Positions 46,904 to 60,210 of a stretch of 64,000 bases of DNA are shown one piece after another. The notes beneath the pieces were generated by a model, which was not told the DNA's origin, made no database searches, and worked only from the letters and a program-made list of their open reading frames with translations. Origin of the DNA: Scyliorhinus canicula. Lineage: Eukaryota. How positions within the stretch are numbered: the first letter of the stretch is position 1; the number at the start of each line of letters is the position of its first letter. The DNA is taken from assembly GCF_902713615.1 (NCBI RefSeq), contig NC_052152.1, positions 60,236,818 to 60,300,817 on the forward strand, read 5' to 3'. The translations under genes and the position numbers were made by a program.

Positions 46904-47228
46904 TGATGGAACCATCAATTCAGCGAACACGTGTAGTTGGATCTGAACAGAGGCTTTAATACACTTACAATAGAGCCAGCCTACTCGTCGTTGAACTTCA
47001 GGTGAAATGGCAGGCTGGCTCTAAGGCACTGATCTTTATACATCGGTCCCAGGGGGAGGAGTCCTGGGCGGAGCCAAGGGAGGAGCCCAGTACAAACTCT
47101 CGCGTACTCCAAGAGCGACTCCGTCTGGTGGTCGGATAGTGCAACTGCACTTACAATGGGTAGATAACGAACATATATACATGGAGTGATATTGGCAACT
47201 AGATATAGTGTGAATCACATTCACCACA
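46904..47228 (-). mobile_element. Solo LTR (Gypsy-type, termini like the 15737-20178 LTRs)
   Basis: TGATG...CCACA termini; perfect 5-bp TSD ATTAT (46899-46903, 47229-47233). Confidence 0.85.
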
Positions 47229-49600
47229 ATTATCTGCTGATGTTTCCGAACTGTTTTCTTGGCAGTATTTTGTCAATAGTGGTTTTCCATTGCCTTCCAC
47301 TTTCAAGGCAGGGGGAGAAGGTAGATCCCAAGTGTTTGAACTCGCACATTTGGCATTATTCTGAAACACACTATAACCAATGGAGCTAACTGGCCCCCTA
47401 TTGCATATTGAGCTGAACACTTTACAACATAAGTACATAATAGATGGAATGGAATACAATTCACAAAGTGATACTCAGAACAGATCCTTGGAGTAACAGC
47501 GTATATGTTGCTGTCAATATCTAGACAATATGACATGGCAAGTAAAAAAAAAAGTGAATTATAAATATTATTATTCTATAATAAGAACAGTGGAATGCAT
47601 TGACGATTCAATGAGCAGGATAATGCACTGATCAAATGACATTTGAAATACTTTTACCTTGTCATATTGCAGCTGAAGCAGGCACCCAAACTGGCTACTA
47701 TTAACTGCAATCCTTAAAGGAAGTGAAGTTTTGGAAGCTAAAAGGTTTTTCTAGGCTCAAGAAGATGGATGTCTGTGAATGTCCTGTTACATTATGAGAG
47801 CTAATTTTGGTGAACTGTTTTCTGATGGCTACCCCCTGAGTTTGTACTCATTAAGTTTTTGCATGTTATTGACACTGATGTCTGATCCACAGCCCACTGA
47901 AGTCTCTTCTCTCGCAAAGAAGATTCCAGTATTAACATAAAATGCCTTTAAAGAAGTGACAATGGAGCAGTGGTTAATGTATGAAAAAGATGTGCAATTA
48001 TCAAAGAAGAGCCACAGTAATGATTCAAAATATAAAGGAGGAGCCAGATGAACCAAGTTTTAAAACTCTAATTCTTCATAACAAAGAGAGATGACTACTA
48101 AATAACCAGGGGATTGTGGGACAACCTCAAAGTAGATAAACTATTAAGTGGCTTAAATAATGTAAATCTAGAATATTCAAATATGGAGCATTTGTAGAAC
48201 CAGAGGTCATAAACTAGTGAAAAGAAAACATAATTTGGAAATTAAAGGAATCACAGCATGTAAAGTATGACAAATATTTGGACGGGAATGGCAAGCAAGT
48301 TAATATAGTTGTAAGTTTTAGGGAAGCTCAAAATACAGTACAGCAAGTTGCAAAAACCAGGTTAATTCAGATACCAAAGGGTTGTGATTTGATGGATTGA
48401 ATGGACTTTTCTTATCATTTGAATCCTTGTAGAACTCCTGCATTTGTCCCCATCAAACAGTGATGGCTATGAGTCAGAAGTTTAGTATTGAAGAAACCTT
48501 GATGTGACTGACGTCTTAAGAACTAAGAATTTCCTTCCTCTTCACTATTTATACATATTTCTGACCTTGACTGAGAATAGTCTGGCCTGGGGAACTTTTC
48601 CATGAACTTGTGGTCTTAACTGCCAGCTCTGTTCTATTTCAACCGACCAAGGGGTATTTGTGCTTGGGTTTCTTCTCCTGTAATAAAGCAGTCTAGTGAT
48701 CTAGATTGTTCTGGTCACCTTGTTGCTAACTGCCAACTTTGGCCATAGAGAGTATCAGAGCTTAAATGTCAGATGGACCTGAAATTCAAGCTCGAGTCGA
48801 GGTTGACACCTTACCATTAGGATCGGCAATCAGAATATTGGAACATCATTTTTTTTCAAATTTCTTGATTCCTACCTAATTGAATGTTACTGCTTATACT
48901 GTTTAAAGCTGAATGAATTGCTTGCATGGACAACTATAACAGCTCAGTACACCCAGTGGTAATGTTTAACTTCCAAACTACTCAACTGACTTTCAAACTC
49001 CACACTCTTGTCCTCATTGGATGTTCTCCACCTGTCCAAATAATGAGTTGCATGACAATAGAGCAGTCTATCTTGAGGAGAGGAAACAAAATGACTTGAC
49101 TAATTTCATTGTGAATAATGTTCTGATAGTTGGTGAAAGAACTGTTCAAAACACTGCAATCCTCAAATACCTTTAGGTTGGAGGAAATAACCTATCGATA
49201 GGCGGTAGCAGTAAAATATTTGAAAAAGAGGGGAGATAATTCAGAACAAAAGTGTAATTTCTGTGAACAATATTCGGTGTTTTCCCTTTCACCTTCAAAA
49301 CTTATGTATTACTTTGATAGAAAGTTGCCACTATGGTAATTTCACTAAACTGAAAATTGATCTCATAAGACCAGAGAAACATTTATTTACTGAGGTTACA
49401 AAGCAAAAGATGTTTCAATCAGGAAATGAAACAGTCTGCAGTTATTTATTTACTTCCGTCTTATTCAAATGAACTGAGTCAGAATTCTGCTGGCTTTATG
49501 CTGGAAAGGAAAAGGTTTCTCAGGTTTGGTTCTGAAATTTGAATTAAATCCAAATTGTGGTGATCAGTACTGTATGTGCTTTGTTCGGCCATTTAACTAT

Positions 49601-49803
49601 TTAAAAAAAAAATTAAGAGTACCCAATTCCTTTTTTTTCTCATTAAGGGGCAAATTCGCATGGCCAATTGACTTACCCTGCACATATTTTGGGTTGTGGG
49701 GGTTAGACCCACGCCGACACTGGGACAATGTGCAAACTCCACATGGACAGTGACCTGGATCCTTGGCACCGTGAGGCAGCAGTGATAACTACTGTGCCGC
49801 CCT
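49601..49803 (-). mobile_element. HE1-like short SINE
   Basis: Reverse-complement V-domain and tail. Confidence 0.8.
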
Positions 49804-51585
49804 TTGGTCAATTAACTGTTGATTTACGAGTCAGTACAGTTTTTAAGAATTTAATTTAACTGTATCAAAATTGAAATCTCGGTTTACACCAATTTGTTTC
49901 ACTTCAGATTGAAACTGAGTTTACCTCTAATTCTGTGGGCTGTGGAGTGAAAAATCATGTGCAAGCTAAAATGAAACCAATTATTTTGCTTCTACAGTAC
50001 CACCTGTTTGGTACATAAATTTAATCTTGTCCTAATAACTGTAATAGTACAATCATGCAAGAGCAAGTGCCTTGTATATCTTAAATCAAGGCTTCTATAT
50101 ACATTTAAAAAGCAACAAAATATTTTTAGAATGAATCCGCAATGGTAATAGATTGAATTATTTTGATTCAAATGTTTCATGATTTTCACCACAAATTAGC
50201 TTTAATTTACTTCCACTTCCACATGTTCTCTTTCTTTTCTAACTCTGAAGTTGATTACTTACACAGGTACTGCTGAAATATGCTAATACCCGTATTTCAT
50301 TAGAGGAATAATTTTTTGTGTGTGAGCTTAGTCATTGGGTGCCAATGGATTAATTGTGGTGTCTTCACAGGATTTCTGTGCATGCACCCCAAGTCTCTCT
50401 TGTTCTTGCACAGTCTTCAATGTGTTTGATTTAGTTCATATTGCCTTTTCTCATTCTTCCTACCAGATATATGTCATTTTTCTCTGCATAAGATTGCATC
50501 TGCCCATGTCACCAATCTGTCTAAGATTCCTGAAGACTGTAACTACCCCCTCTTTGTTTATGGCATTTCAGAGTTTTGAGCTATATGCAGACTGAGGTTA
50601 TGCCCTGTACACCCAAGTCCAAATCATTAATAGATATCTAAAACAATAGTGGCTGTAACACCACCACTAGGAGATGTCACTGCGTACTTCTCTCCAGTCT
50701 GAGAAACACGAACAGAAGCATACATTTCTGCTTTCCATCTCTTAGTAAATTTCATATCCATACTATCACTGTGCCTCGAATTCCAGGGAACTTAATTTTG
50801 CTTAAACATCTATTATGTGGTGTGGTGCATGTCATATGCCTTTTGAAAGTCCATGTAAACAGCATCAGCTGCACCGATTAACCTTCTCCGTTATTCCAAC
50901 ATAATAGGAAACAGGATAGTTTCCAACATCTGGGCAACTCCTGGTATTCATCTCATTTACTGGAACACAAGCTGAATTTTTGTACCTGTTCAAAAATAGA
51001 AACAGCTCCCTCTTGAATCTTTTTGATTCGCTACAACTCTGTAATATTGTTTTGATCTTTTTCTATATTTGATAGAATAATGTATTTTTCATACCCTGCT
51101 TTTGCCAGTTTCTCCATTTCTGATCTGATCACCATATTTAGTTTTTCTATCATTTTTGTTTCATTGTTATTACATGATTTGTTTTTCTTCACTCCAATCG
51201 CAGGATATATTAGGAAAATGCTACAATCCTTCCCATTTGTGGCATGGGGTCGCTGCCTAAATAGCTCAAGTGATAATGCTTTCACTACCTTGTTTAGAGG
51301 TCAGTTCCATGTTTTGATCCCCGAATGAAGAAGACCTTCATGAAGAAGTGGCCTTTTACCACTTTGAACCATTTGTCATTTTTGTCCTATTTTTGCACAC
51401 AATTATATGTTTCCTATAAAGGTTCCAAGCCCAAGTTTCTCCAGTATTTGCAAATACCACAGACAGTCAAAATCAGTGTTGTTGCTCTTTGAATTACTTC
51501 CACTGCTTCAATGTTTCTCCTTTGTCTTAGTGATGGAAACTGGCCACACTTCTCCACTATTGTCTGTGCAGAAAACTTTACGTAA

Positions 51586-51915
51586 ATCATAGAACTTGCA
51601 GTGCAGAAGGAGGCCATTTGGCCCATGGAGTTTGCACCGACCCTTGGAAAGAGCACCCTACCTAAGCACCTCCACCCTATCCCCGTAACTCAGTAATCCC
51701 ACCTAACCTTTTTGGACACTAAGGGAAATTTAGCATGACCAATCCACCTAAACTGCACATCTTTGGACTGTGGGTGTAAACGGGAGCACCCAGAGGAAAC
51801 CCACACAGATACGGCGAGAAAGTGCAAACTCCGCACAGAGTGACTCAAGCCAGGAATCGAACTTGGGACCCTGGAGCTGTGAAGCAACTGTGCTAACTAT
51901 TGTGCTACCGTGCCC
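51586..51915 (-). mobile_element. HE1-like V-SINE, long variant
   Basis: Reverse-complement full element. Confidence 0.9.
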
Positions 51916-52329
51916 CCCCCCCCCCCTTATGAAGCATGACCTTCTTTTGTTTTGCCTACATAATTAAGCATTCTATTTGATTGTATGATTGCTGCCATAT
52001 AGTTGTTGGACATGCTAAAAATCAAATCCACTAGGTTTGCGAATCTTTATCTTCGTCCTTAGTGAATTCAACCTCATTTGTTGACATTTTTCTTCATATG
52101 CACCAATTGTTTTCTTTCCATGAGTCAATTTCTCACCCATTCCCACAATTACTCTGAATCCCCATTGCTTTGTGTGGAACTGTCAAAAGCTTTTTACAAG
52201 TCTCTCTCTCTCCCTATACTTAGTACTTTTTCAGAAGTTCAGAGGACATAAAATACTAACTACAAAAGGAAAGTGATAAATACATAATTTATATTCTTCA
52301 TATAAACAGACGCAATCTCCGTAAAAAGT

Positions 52330-53360
52330 ATTTAAAAAATTTTAACATTTTAATATTTAAGATATATAACATTACAAAGTAAAACTAACACAAAACCCGA
52401 AAACCCAGCCCCTCCCCTCCCCCCTAGCAGTTGATGGTAGCCAGCTTGTTGAAATGCAGTATAAACAAACCCCATCTCTTATGGAGTCCCTCACTCACCC
52501 CCCCCCCCCCCCAACCTTTTCCAAGTACAAGAACTCCATTAAATCCCCCAGCCACACCGACGCACAGGGTGGACAAACCGACCTCCACCCCAGCAGGACC
52601 CACCTGTGAGTGATCAACAAGGTGAAGGCAAAATCTTCTGGCCCCACTCCCAACTGCAACTCCGACAAGTCCGACACCCCGAATATGGCCTGCAGGGGCT
52701 CTAAATCCACATGCAAGATCACCAACATGGTGCTGAAGAACGACATCCACATTTTTGCCAACTTCAGGCAGGACCAGAACATATGTACATGATTAGCTGA
52801 GCCCCTCCCATATTGCTCACAAATATCCTCCATCCCCTCAACTGGCTCATCTTTGACTTTGTCAGGTGTGTTCTGTGTCCTACCTTTAGCTGTATCAACC
52901 TCAGCCTTGTGCACGAGGTTGAAGCATTCCTTGGTGCCTCACACCCAAGCGCCATCCTCAGCTCCTTCTCCTACTTGGCCTTAACCCCCTCCAGAGACGC
53001 CATATCCTCCTCCAAAATCCTCCCGTAGATCGCCGAGATGACCCCCCCTCCAACCCCACCATCGACAACACACTCTCCAGCAACGAGGAGGGCTATACCA
53101 CCGGAAAAGTTGAATAAACCTCTTTTGTGAAATCCCGCACCTGCATGTACCTGAAAACCTCCCACTCATGGGATCCCAAACTTCTCTCCCAGGTCCTCCA
53201 AACTTGCAAACCACTCTTCTAAAAATAAGTCCTTCATTTCCTTAATGGCTCGCTCATCCCATCCCCAAAACCTTGCATCTATCCTCCCTGTCTCAAACCT
53301 ATAGTTCCCTTGAATTAGCATGAACTTTGACCCCGTCCCCAACCTAAAGTGCTGCTGAAA
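52330..53360 (-). mobile_element. L1/Tx1-like LINE 3' fragment
   Basis: RLRLIQLKVGHRTHLTK, ANHVHMFWSC, VWLGDLMEFLYLEK. Confidence 0.85.
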
Positions 53361-53371
53361 TTGCCCGTTAA

Positions 53372-53960
53372 AATTATTTTTTATTCATTCTTGGGATATG
53401 GGTTTCGCTGGCTAGGCCAGCATATATCGTCCATCCGTTATTCCCCAAAAGAAGATGGTGAATCGCCTCTTGAACCACTGCAGTCCATATGGGATAGGTA
53501 CATTCACAGTGCTGTTAGGGAGGGAGTGCCAGGATTTTGACCCAGCAAGAGTGAAGGGGTAAGCAATGTAGTCAGGATATTGTGCAGCATGGAGAGGAGT
53601 TTACAGGTGGTGGTGTTCCCATGCATCATCTTCTAAACCCACAACCGCTAATGTCTAGAAGGACAAGGGTAGCAGATGCATTGGACACCGCCACCTGCAA
53701 ATTCACCTCCAAGCAACCTACCATCCTGACTTGAAATATTTCGCTCTCCCTTCACAGTTGTCGTGTCAAAATCCTGGAACTCCCTCCCTAAAAGCACTGT
53801 GGGTGTACCTATATCACATAGACTTTTTCAAAATTAATTTAGGGGATGTGGGCGTTGCTGGCTTTACCAGAAGGCAGTTCACCACCACCTTCTCAAGGGC
53901 AATTGGAGGTGGGCAATAAATGCTGGCCTAGTCAGTGAAGCTCCCATCCCTTGATTACAT
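53372..53960. repeat. Imperfect palindrome of two oppositely oriented CR1/L2-group LINE tails
   Basis: Minus copy 53372-53630 and plus copy 53630-53960 of the tail seen at 12610-12910. Confidence 0.65.
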
Positions 53961-55685
53961 TTTTAGAAAACCTGCCCTTCATTTTCAATTAATATTCAAT
54001 TAAGATTTTAGAAGTTCCCCATTTTTTTGTCAATACTATGTTGTCTGAAAATTATCAGACACTTCAACCGGTTTATTATTGAAACATTTTACCCAGGTGC
54101 CTTTATTTGCGAGATGGACAAAGGATAAACACAGGTTCACGATTCAACCCAAATGTATTCACAAACACATTATTGCCTCAAATTATCCCACATGTTATCT
54201 GCCCAAGATTCTAATACTACCTGTGCCAACGAACTGGACTAAGCTGCGGGTCCAATCCTGTTAGCCTCAGGTCATCTCGGGGCCTTTGTCTGCAAAGGCA
54301 GGTCTCGCATGCCTCTTCGGTCCGTTCTCTGGTCCACCATCGAGGCTTCTCCATTGCTTCTGCATCAAGACTTTGCTGGGGGGGTGTCTCCAAGTAACTT
54401 TTCACATCCCCCCCCCCCCCTCTTCATGCCCTTCCAGAGGTTTCTCTGCTGCGCAGGTGTTGCATTACCCAATGGAGTTGCTGATTGCAAATCTTCCGGA
54501 CACCAGACATCCCCCCCCATGAGTCCATCCTTGGGTACATTGTCTGCATGTAACTTAATCCCATATGAGGTAACGGCAAAAATTCTAGGTGCCAGAAAGT
54601 CTGGCTTCATCTGGGCAATCCACAACAATTGATCCACTTGAAAGAGGACGATTATTTTCCGATGTCTTGTTTGCAGGACAGGCCCAGACTTACCCCAGCT
54701 GTCTATGTCCCGTTTTTATGAATTTGGCTATTTGACTTCCCATCAGGCTTGTCTGTGGTTCTGACTGTGGTTTTAATTTAAAGTGTCCAATTCTGAATTT
54801 AAAGTGCCCAATTCTGTATCGGGTCTAAGATTCAGACCGTTGGCAATTTTACCACAACTATTTTAAGTAAATCTTCTGAACAAGAAGATGAAGAAAACTG
54901 CTTCAGCAGAGCTGACCACATAATACTAATGCTTCCTGGAAAATTCGCAACACTTATATGCTCAGACTGCACAATCCAAATTCAGCTCAATGTTACAAGT
55001 GTAGATGAAAGTAACAACTCCCAAGTTCAGGTTTCTGTGAGAACCTGAGACCTTGAAATGAGAAGTTCAACAAAGACAGTTATAAGACACAAAGGAAAAC
55101 TTCTTCAATTCATTTATTTATTGCAAATTCGGTATTTAAATTTTTTAATGGAGTTATTTACTTCCTTACTTTGAACCGTACGAAGAGAGAAATCCAGGAA
55201 ACATTGAGAAATGAATAATCCATGGCTGGGTTGTGCAAAACCCATGTTAAATGTGGACATAATAATTTATAAGTGAGTAAGTTGAGGTATAAAGTCTGAC
55301 AGAAAAACTGCCAGCAGGAAGTCAAGTAGCCCAGACTTAAGATGCACACAGATGCAAGGTTCTTAGATAGATAAACAGGAATTACTGAAGCAGAAGTGCG
55401 GAAATATCTTCACAAAGGAAGTAAGTGTGGCAACAAGAAGTGTGCACAGTTGAAGAACTTTTAATATTACTAGTTCTGTATTCTGTTGATTCCTTCCTAT
55501 TGCCCCCTCTTTTGCTTTTATATTTGTCTTGTGTCTCCTCTCCTTCAGCCAACTGGCAGGGGTGGACAGAGGAGAGCCATCAATGGTAGCCACAGAACTT
55601 GGATGAAACTGGCGGTGTAGTGGCAGATTTATAAATTTTATAAATTGAAGGAGCAAAAAAAAACCTAAATGGAAGAGTTATAGAA

Positions 55686-55855
55686 TTGAAATGAAATGAA
55701 AATCGCTTATTGTCACGAGTAGGCTTCAATGAAGTTACTGTGAAAAGCCCCTAGTTGCCACATTCTGGCGCCTGTCCGAGGAGGCTGGTACGGGAATCGA
55801 ACCGTGCTGCTGGTCTGCTTTCAAAGCCAGCGATTTAGCCTGGTGAGCTAAACCA
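55686..55855 (-). mobile_element. Short tRNA-headed SINE
   Basis: Reverse complement of 6307-6515. Confidence 0.85.
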
Positions 55856-56894
55856 ACATAGAACAAAACAAATCTTGAAATTAAAGTTTTGTGATATCAA
55901 TGTAGCAGGGAGCCAACAGTTGGAAAAGTCCATGGTGCTGGCAGAGTTAAGTTCACAGCCACCTTGTGGCTAAAGCTTCTAATTACAATCATAAATGTTG
56001 ACATGGGAGATTATGATGCAAAATGTACCATAAATTTTTCATAGGAAATGTTGACATAAAAATGTGACTGTGTGAAAATTGGGAACATGCCAACTAGATA
56101 ATTGAGCTTTACAGACAGGAAATCATATATATGAGAATTAATAATACATATGCTTTTTTTTTCTGGGTGAGCACTTTATCACCCCAATGTAATTGTTGGT
56201 GTTCTCCAGACGATCCCATTCGTCACTGAAAAATAAGCTGAAATCAGACCCCAACTCTACACCTAGTCAATTTTCTGTGTGTAAATGCTGAACATTTATC
56301 AGACAGCATAATAGGTTCCATGGGCAATTTAAACCCGGTTCTATCAATACAGAAAATAACCATGTGATTTTATTCCAGGATTGCAAGAATTTATTAACTT
56401 CTCAAATTATGGAAAGTAATTTGCACCTCATGGGCAATTATGAAGAAGGAAATGAAAAATTTATAATAAAGAGCAAGGGAACATGCAGCCATAATCTATT
56501 GGATTATGATTGCAAAATGTGAAGCCCATTGGTAATGGAAAGATGTTTTCTAACAACATTGCTTTATCTCTCTCTTTCTTCTGATTTGCTGGTTTCTTTT
56601 AAATTATTTTAATATTAGGGGCGTGATGTAACGGAAATGTTTGAGTTTCATTTGTGGCGGGTTTTGCTGGGAGTTTCCCATTGCTATCTAACCACGTTTT
56701 TGTGGGCCCCAGGGAGTTTCACCCTGGTCAAGGCCACACTTGGAATTATTTTCATCACTGGGGAGCTGAACCTGCTGATCAGACCGGCTGGTCAGAACTG
56801 GGGCCACCATTTTGAAAGGGTGCCCCGATCTCCGAGGGCTTGTGGGTCCCTGTTGTGGGGTGCTGAGGCACCCCCCCTTTCAGACTTTCCCACG

Positions 56895-57190
56895 CCCCTT
56901 TCACCCCCCCGCCCTTTCACCCCCCCCTTTCACCCCCCCCCCTTTCACCCCCCCCTTTCACCCCCCCCCCCTTTCACCCCCCCTTTCCCCCCCTTGCACC
57001 CCCCCCTTTCACCCCCCCCTTTCACCCCCCCCTTTCACCCCCCCCTTTCACCCCCCTTTCATCCCCCCCCTTTCACCCCCCCCCTTTCATCCCCCCCTTT
57101 CACCCCCCCCCTTTATCCCCCCCCTTTCACACCCCCCCCCTTTCACCCCCCCCCCCCCTTTCACCCCCCCCTTTCACCCCCCCCCCTTTC
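56895..57190. repeat. (CnTTTCA)n C-rich microsatellite
   Basis: Directly visible; variable C-run length. Confidence 0.95.
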
Positions 57191-57220
57191 CAGGATCCCC
57201 GTCCTGCATCAACCCCACCC

Positions 57221-57387
57221 TTCATAACCCCCTCCCCCCTTCATAACCCCCTCCCCCCTTCATAACCCCCTCCCCCCTTCATAACCCCCTCCCCCCTTCA
57301 TAACCCCCTCCCCCCTTCATAACCCCCTCCCCCCTTCATAACCCCCTCCCCCCTTCATAACCCCCTCCCCCCTTCATAACCCCCTCC
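57221..57387. repeat. 19-bp minisatellite TTCATAACCCCCTCCCCCC, about 9 copies
   Basis: Directly visible, near-perfect copies. Confidence 0.95.
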
Positions 57388-58314
57388 ACCACCCTCTCAT
57401 GGGCAAGGGTCCTGACCCTTGGCAATTACCCCGGCAGTGTTCATGTCAGCTTTGCAGTGTCCCCTGGGCACCTTGGTCGTGCGGGGTGGGGCACTCTGCT
57501 CTAGCCTCGATCACCCAGGGGCTTCTGATGGCCCGGGAGAACCCCCGGGTGCCGTCCTGTCTATCATATATAACCGCGAGGCTTGGTCCCACCCATTGTG
57601 GGTGGGATCCTGGTCGCGATGCCTTGCGAGGTCTGGTTAGATCTCGCCGGTGGACTGGCTGCCGGAAAGCCCGTCCACCGGCCATGCCATGCGGACGGTA
57701 GATCGCGTCCTAGATATTTAATCTGTAGAGTAAAACACAAACCTTATACAAAATTGGTGATGTGAAACCAGGGAAAACAATTACACAATACAATTATCAA
57801 TTATCTTGCATATATGATAGATTTAGTGAAACATTTCATTGGGTAGGGGGGATATGGGAGGAAAGTGCCCCAGTCCCTTAGCCCACCTCTGGAATAATGA
57901 ATTCAATGGAAATCTTCTATCTAAAGGCATCACCTGTGGCAAGCTACAGCACCGGGCACAGCTAGATGTTTATCATCACAAATACTGGCACTATCAATTC
58001 AAAAGGTCAAATACCTCATTATGATGCAAGGTTTGCTAACTAGTTTTATTACGACTTGTATGTATGTGATTGGTTATAAAATGTTTTGATTATAGTTTAC
58101 TGTGGTAATAAAATAAAATAATTGCATTATCACAGCAGCTACCATGTAGACATTGTGCACAATTGTTGTCAAAATGCCTTGAAAATCCACTAACAGGAGC
58201 ATTTAGCCAACTTCCACACAGTAAAACAGATCAAATTTCATTATTGCCGTAATTTACTGACACAATATTCTGCTCATAAACTCTTCATATTATTTCAACT
58301 CTCCACATTTATTT

Positions 58315-58575
58315 CCCCCGCATCTTTTTCCTCTCCCCCCCCGCATCTTTTCCTCTTCTCCCCACCTCGCATCTTTTTCATCTCCCCCCCGCATATTCTT
58401 CCTCTCCCCCCCCCCCCCGCATCTTTTTCCTCTCCCCCCGCATCTTTTTCCTCTCCCCCTTCCCCCCGCATCTTTTTCCTCTCCCCCTCCCCCCGCATCT
58501 TGTTCCTCTCCCTCCTCCCCCCGCATCTTTTTCCTCTCCCCCCCCCCCCCCCCCGCATCTTTTTCCTCTTCCTAC
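58315..58575. repeat. Variable minisatellite CCGCATCTTTTTCCTCT(C)n, about 10 units
   Basis: Directly visible; on the minus strand the unit can read KKMRGG. Confidence 0.9.
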
Positions 58576-58599
58576 TTTTTCTCTTTCCACTTTCCCTTT

Positions 58600-59450
58600 T
58601 CTTAACCTCGTGACTCCTCATTGGGGATATGGTTCTCTGGCTAGTGATTGATTTATCACATCCAGCTCGAAGTGAGCTTCGAGATTCCGTGTAGGCCGTC
58701 TAACCTTAGAGGACATCACAGTCAATCCTTCACTTCCAGCAGAGAAGTCTTGGCTGAATTTCTCCCACTTATTTGTTGCTGACCCCTTACTGCTGCCCTG
58801 TCCGAATTGTTGTTTTAAAATGATATAAATATGGTTGCAGTTGATATTTTAACAAAAATTCCATATGGGGAATCGCTGAAACAATGGGAACCTGTATGTC
58901 CCATTGTGGTTTGAATGTATTTTTGCATTCCTCAATTTCATCACTTCCCTCCTGTAGTTATGAATCTATCAGATTTTTAGTACCTCTTCATGGCCATTCA
59001 TCAAGTGTCAACCAACACAGCGACTGCTGTAGGCCGTTTAACTGTGGAGGATTTTCCGAGCTCACCTTATTCCAATTTTCAGTGTACATCCAGAGCGCAT
59101 ATTTTTTCCACTGGCGCTTTGTTAGTTTATTTTATTCCAGTCATTTCGTGATGAACAGCGCATTAATGATACATGGATCACGGAATGACAGCTTCGACGT
59201 TGTAAAACAAAAGCTTCAAACCATTAAGGATGCGTGTTTCTCACTCCCATTTAAAAAAAAAAGTAGTCTTCTCGGGGTGTGGGTGGACGTTAACAAAGCT
59301 ACACTTATTGTTCGTCCATGATTGTTCTGACAAACCGACAGTTCACTAGATTGCTCCAGAGGTCATCATGAAGTCGCGTGTGTGGACCAAACCAGGTCCA
59401 ACATCGCCGTCCAGCATCAGTTTTATTTTGAACCTATTGGACAGCATTTG
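58600..59450 (-). pseudogene. Decayed frame of unknown function ending in a highly basic tail
   Basis: RLHDDLWSNLVNCRFVRTIMDEQ, FRDPCIINALFITK*LE*NKLTKRQWKKYALWMYTENWNKV, SDEIEECKNTFKPQWDIQVPIVSAIPHMEFLLKYQLQPYLYHFKTTIRTG, then RSHEVKKRESGKRKSRKRKKMRGG. Confidence 0.3.
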
Positions 59451-59522
59451 GTGTCTTTATTCTCTCTCTGGCGCCAGCCGCCACAGGGTCAGATCCGCCA
59501 CAGGGTCAGATTTATTGAATTC

Positions 59523-60210
59523 ATGTTAGCCATGGACACACTCCAGGCAGCGCCCAATCTTGCTAGTTTTAAACGTGGCCAACTGGATGTGATAAAGTCG
59601 CACCGATATTCATTCGGAGCTGTTTCTTTTGGTTATGCAAGCAAGTTTTTGTTTCTTCATGTTCCTTGGTCAACAGAAATAAGGAAGGACCCGTTGCCTA
59701 CTTGTTAAAGGAAGGAGTGCGTCCCCCCCGTAACTGGAACATTTCAATTCTCTGGAATTTAAATGGTGAAAGTGATGTAGAAGTCGGGCCACTCACACAC
59801 ATATACACACCCGCAATTCTGAGGCAGAGAATGCTCTTCATTATGATGCTGGTTTGGGATGGTTTGCACCATCTGCCTGTCATATCACAAGTGTGTCAAA
59901 ATATACTCTTTTCACTCATTCTTTCGCGCGTGGATTACCGTGAAGGTGATGCAGTGTCGGATTAGAGAAAACGATAAGGAAAACGGTCCCAGTACTCGAG
60001 TATTGATCATTCCCCCGCCCGGTGCGATTTACAGCCACTGTGCCTAACACCTCTTCTGCTCGAGCTGTATTAAACGGTCTCCGGGATTCACACGACCTAC
60101 TGTGAGCTCAGTAAAAGGACGAGTATTTATTGAAGACTGAAACGTACGATTCGCTGGAAAATCTTGCCTCTGGTCTGCTCGGCGCTATCGTCAGAAACCC
60201 TGTTCATTAA
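59523..60210 (+). pseudogene. Decayed ~230-codon frame of unknown function
   Basis: MLAMDTLQAAPNLASFKRGQLDVIKSHRYSFGAVSFGYASKF..EAENALHYDAGLGWFAPS..GLEKTIRKTVPVLEY*SFPRPVRFTATVPN..KDEYLLKTETYDSLENLASGLLGAIVRNPVH TAA(60208-60210). Confidence 0.35.

Larger units (their letters stand above)
56619..57710. mobile_element. Non-autonomous Harbinger-type element (MITE) with internal satellites
   Basis: Imperfect TIRs gggcgtgatgtaac / ggtagatcgcgtcc; 3-bp TSD TAG on both sides. Confidence 0.7.

Noticed and set aside
47240-56600. Host protein-coding exons in the AT-rich stretches
   Set aside because: No recognisable domain or convincing splice-bounded ORF; small exons cannot be excluded without transcript data.
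56637-57246. Long proline-rich ORFs (extensin-like)
   Set aside because: Translation of C-rich satellites inside a MITE.
57221-57387. Regular repeat array as CRISPR or telomeric repeat
   Set aside because: Units are contiguous with no spacers, are not TTAGGG, and sit in a eukaryotic context.
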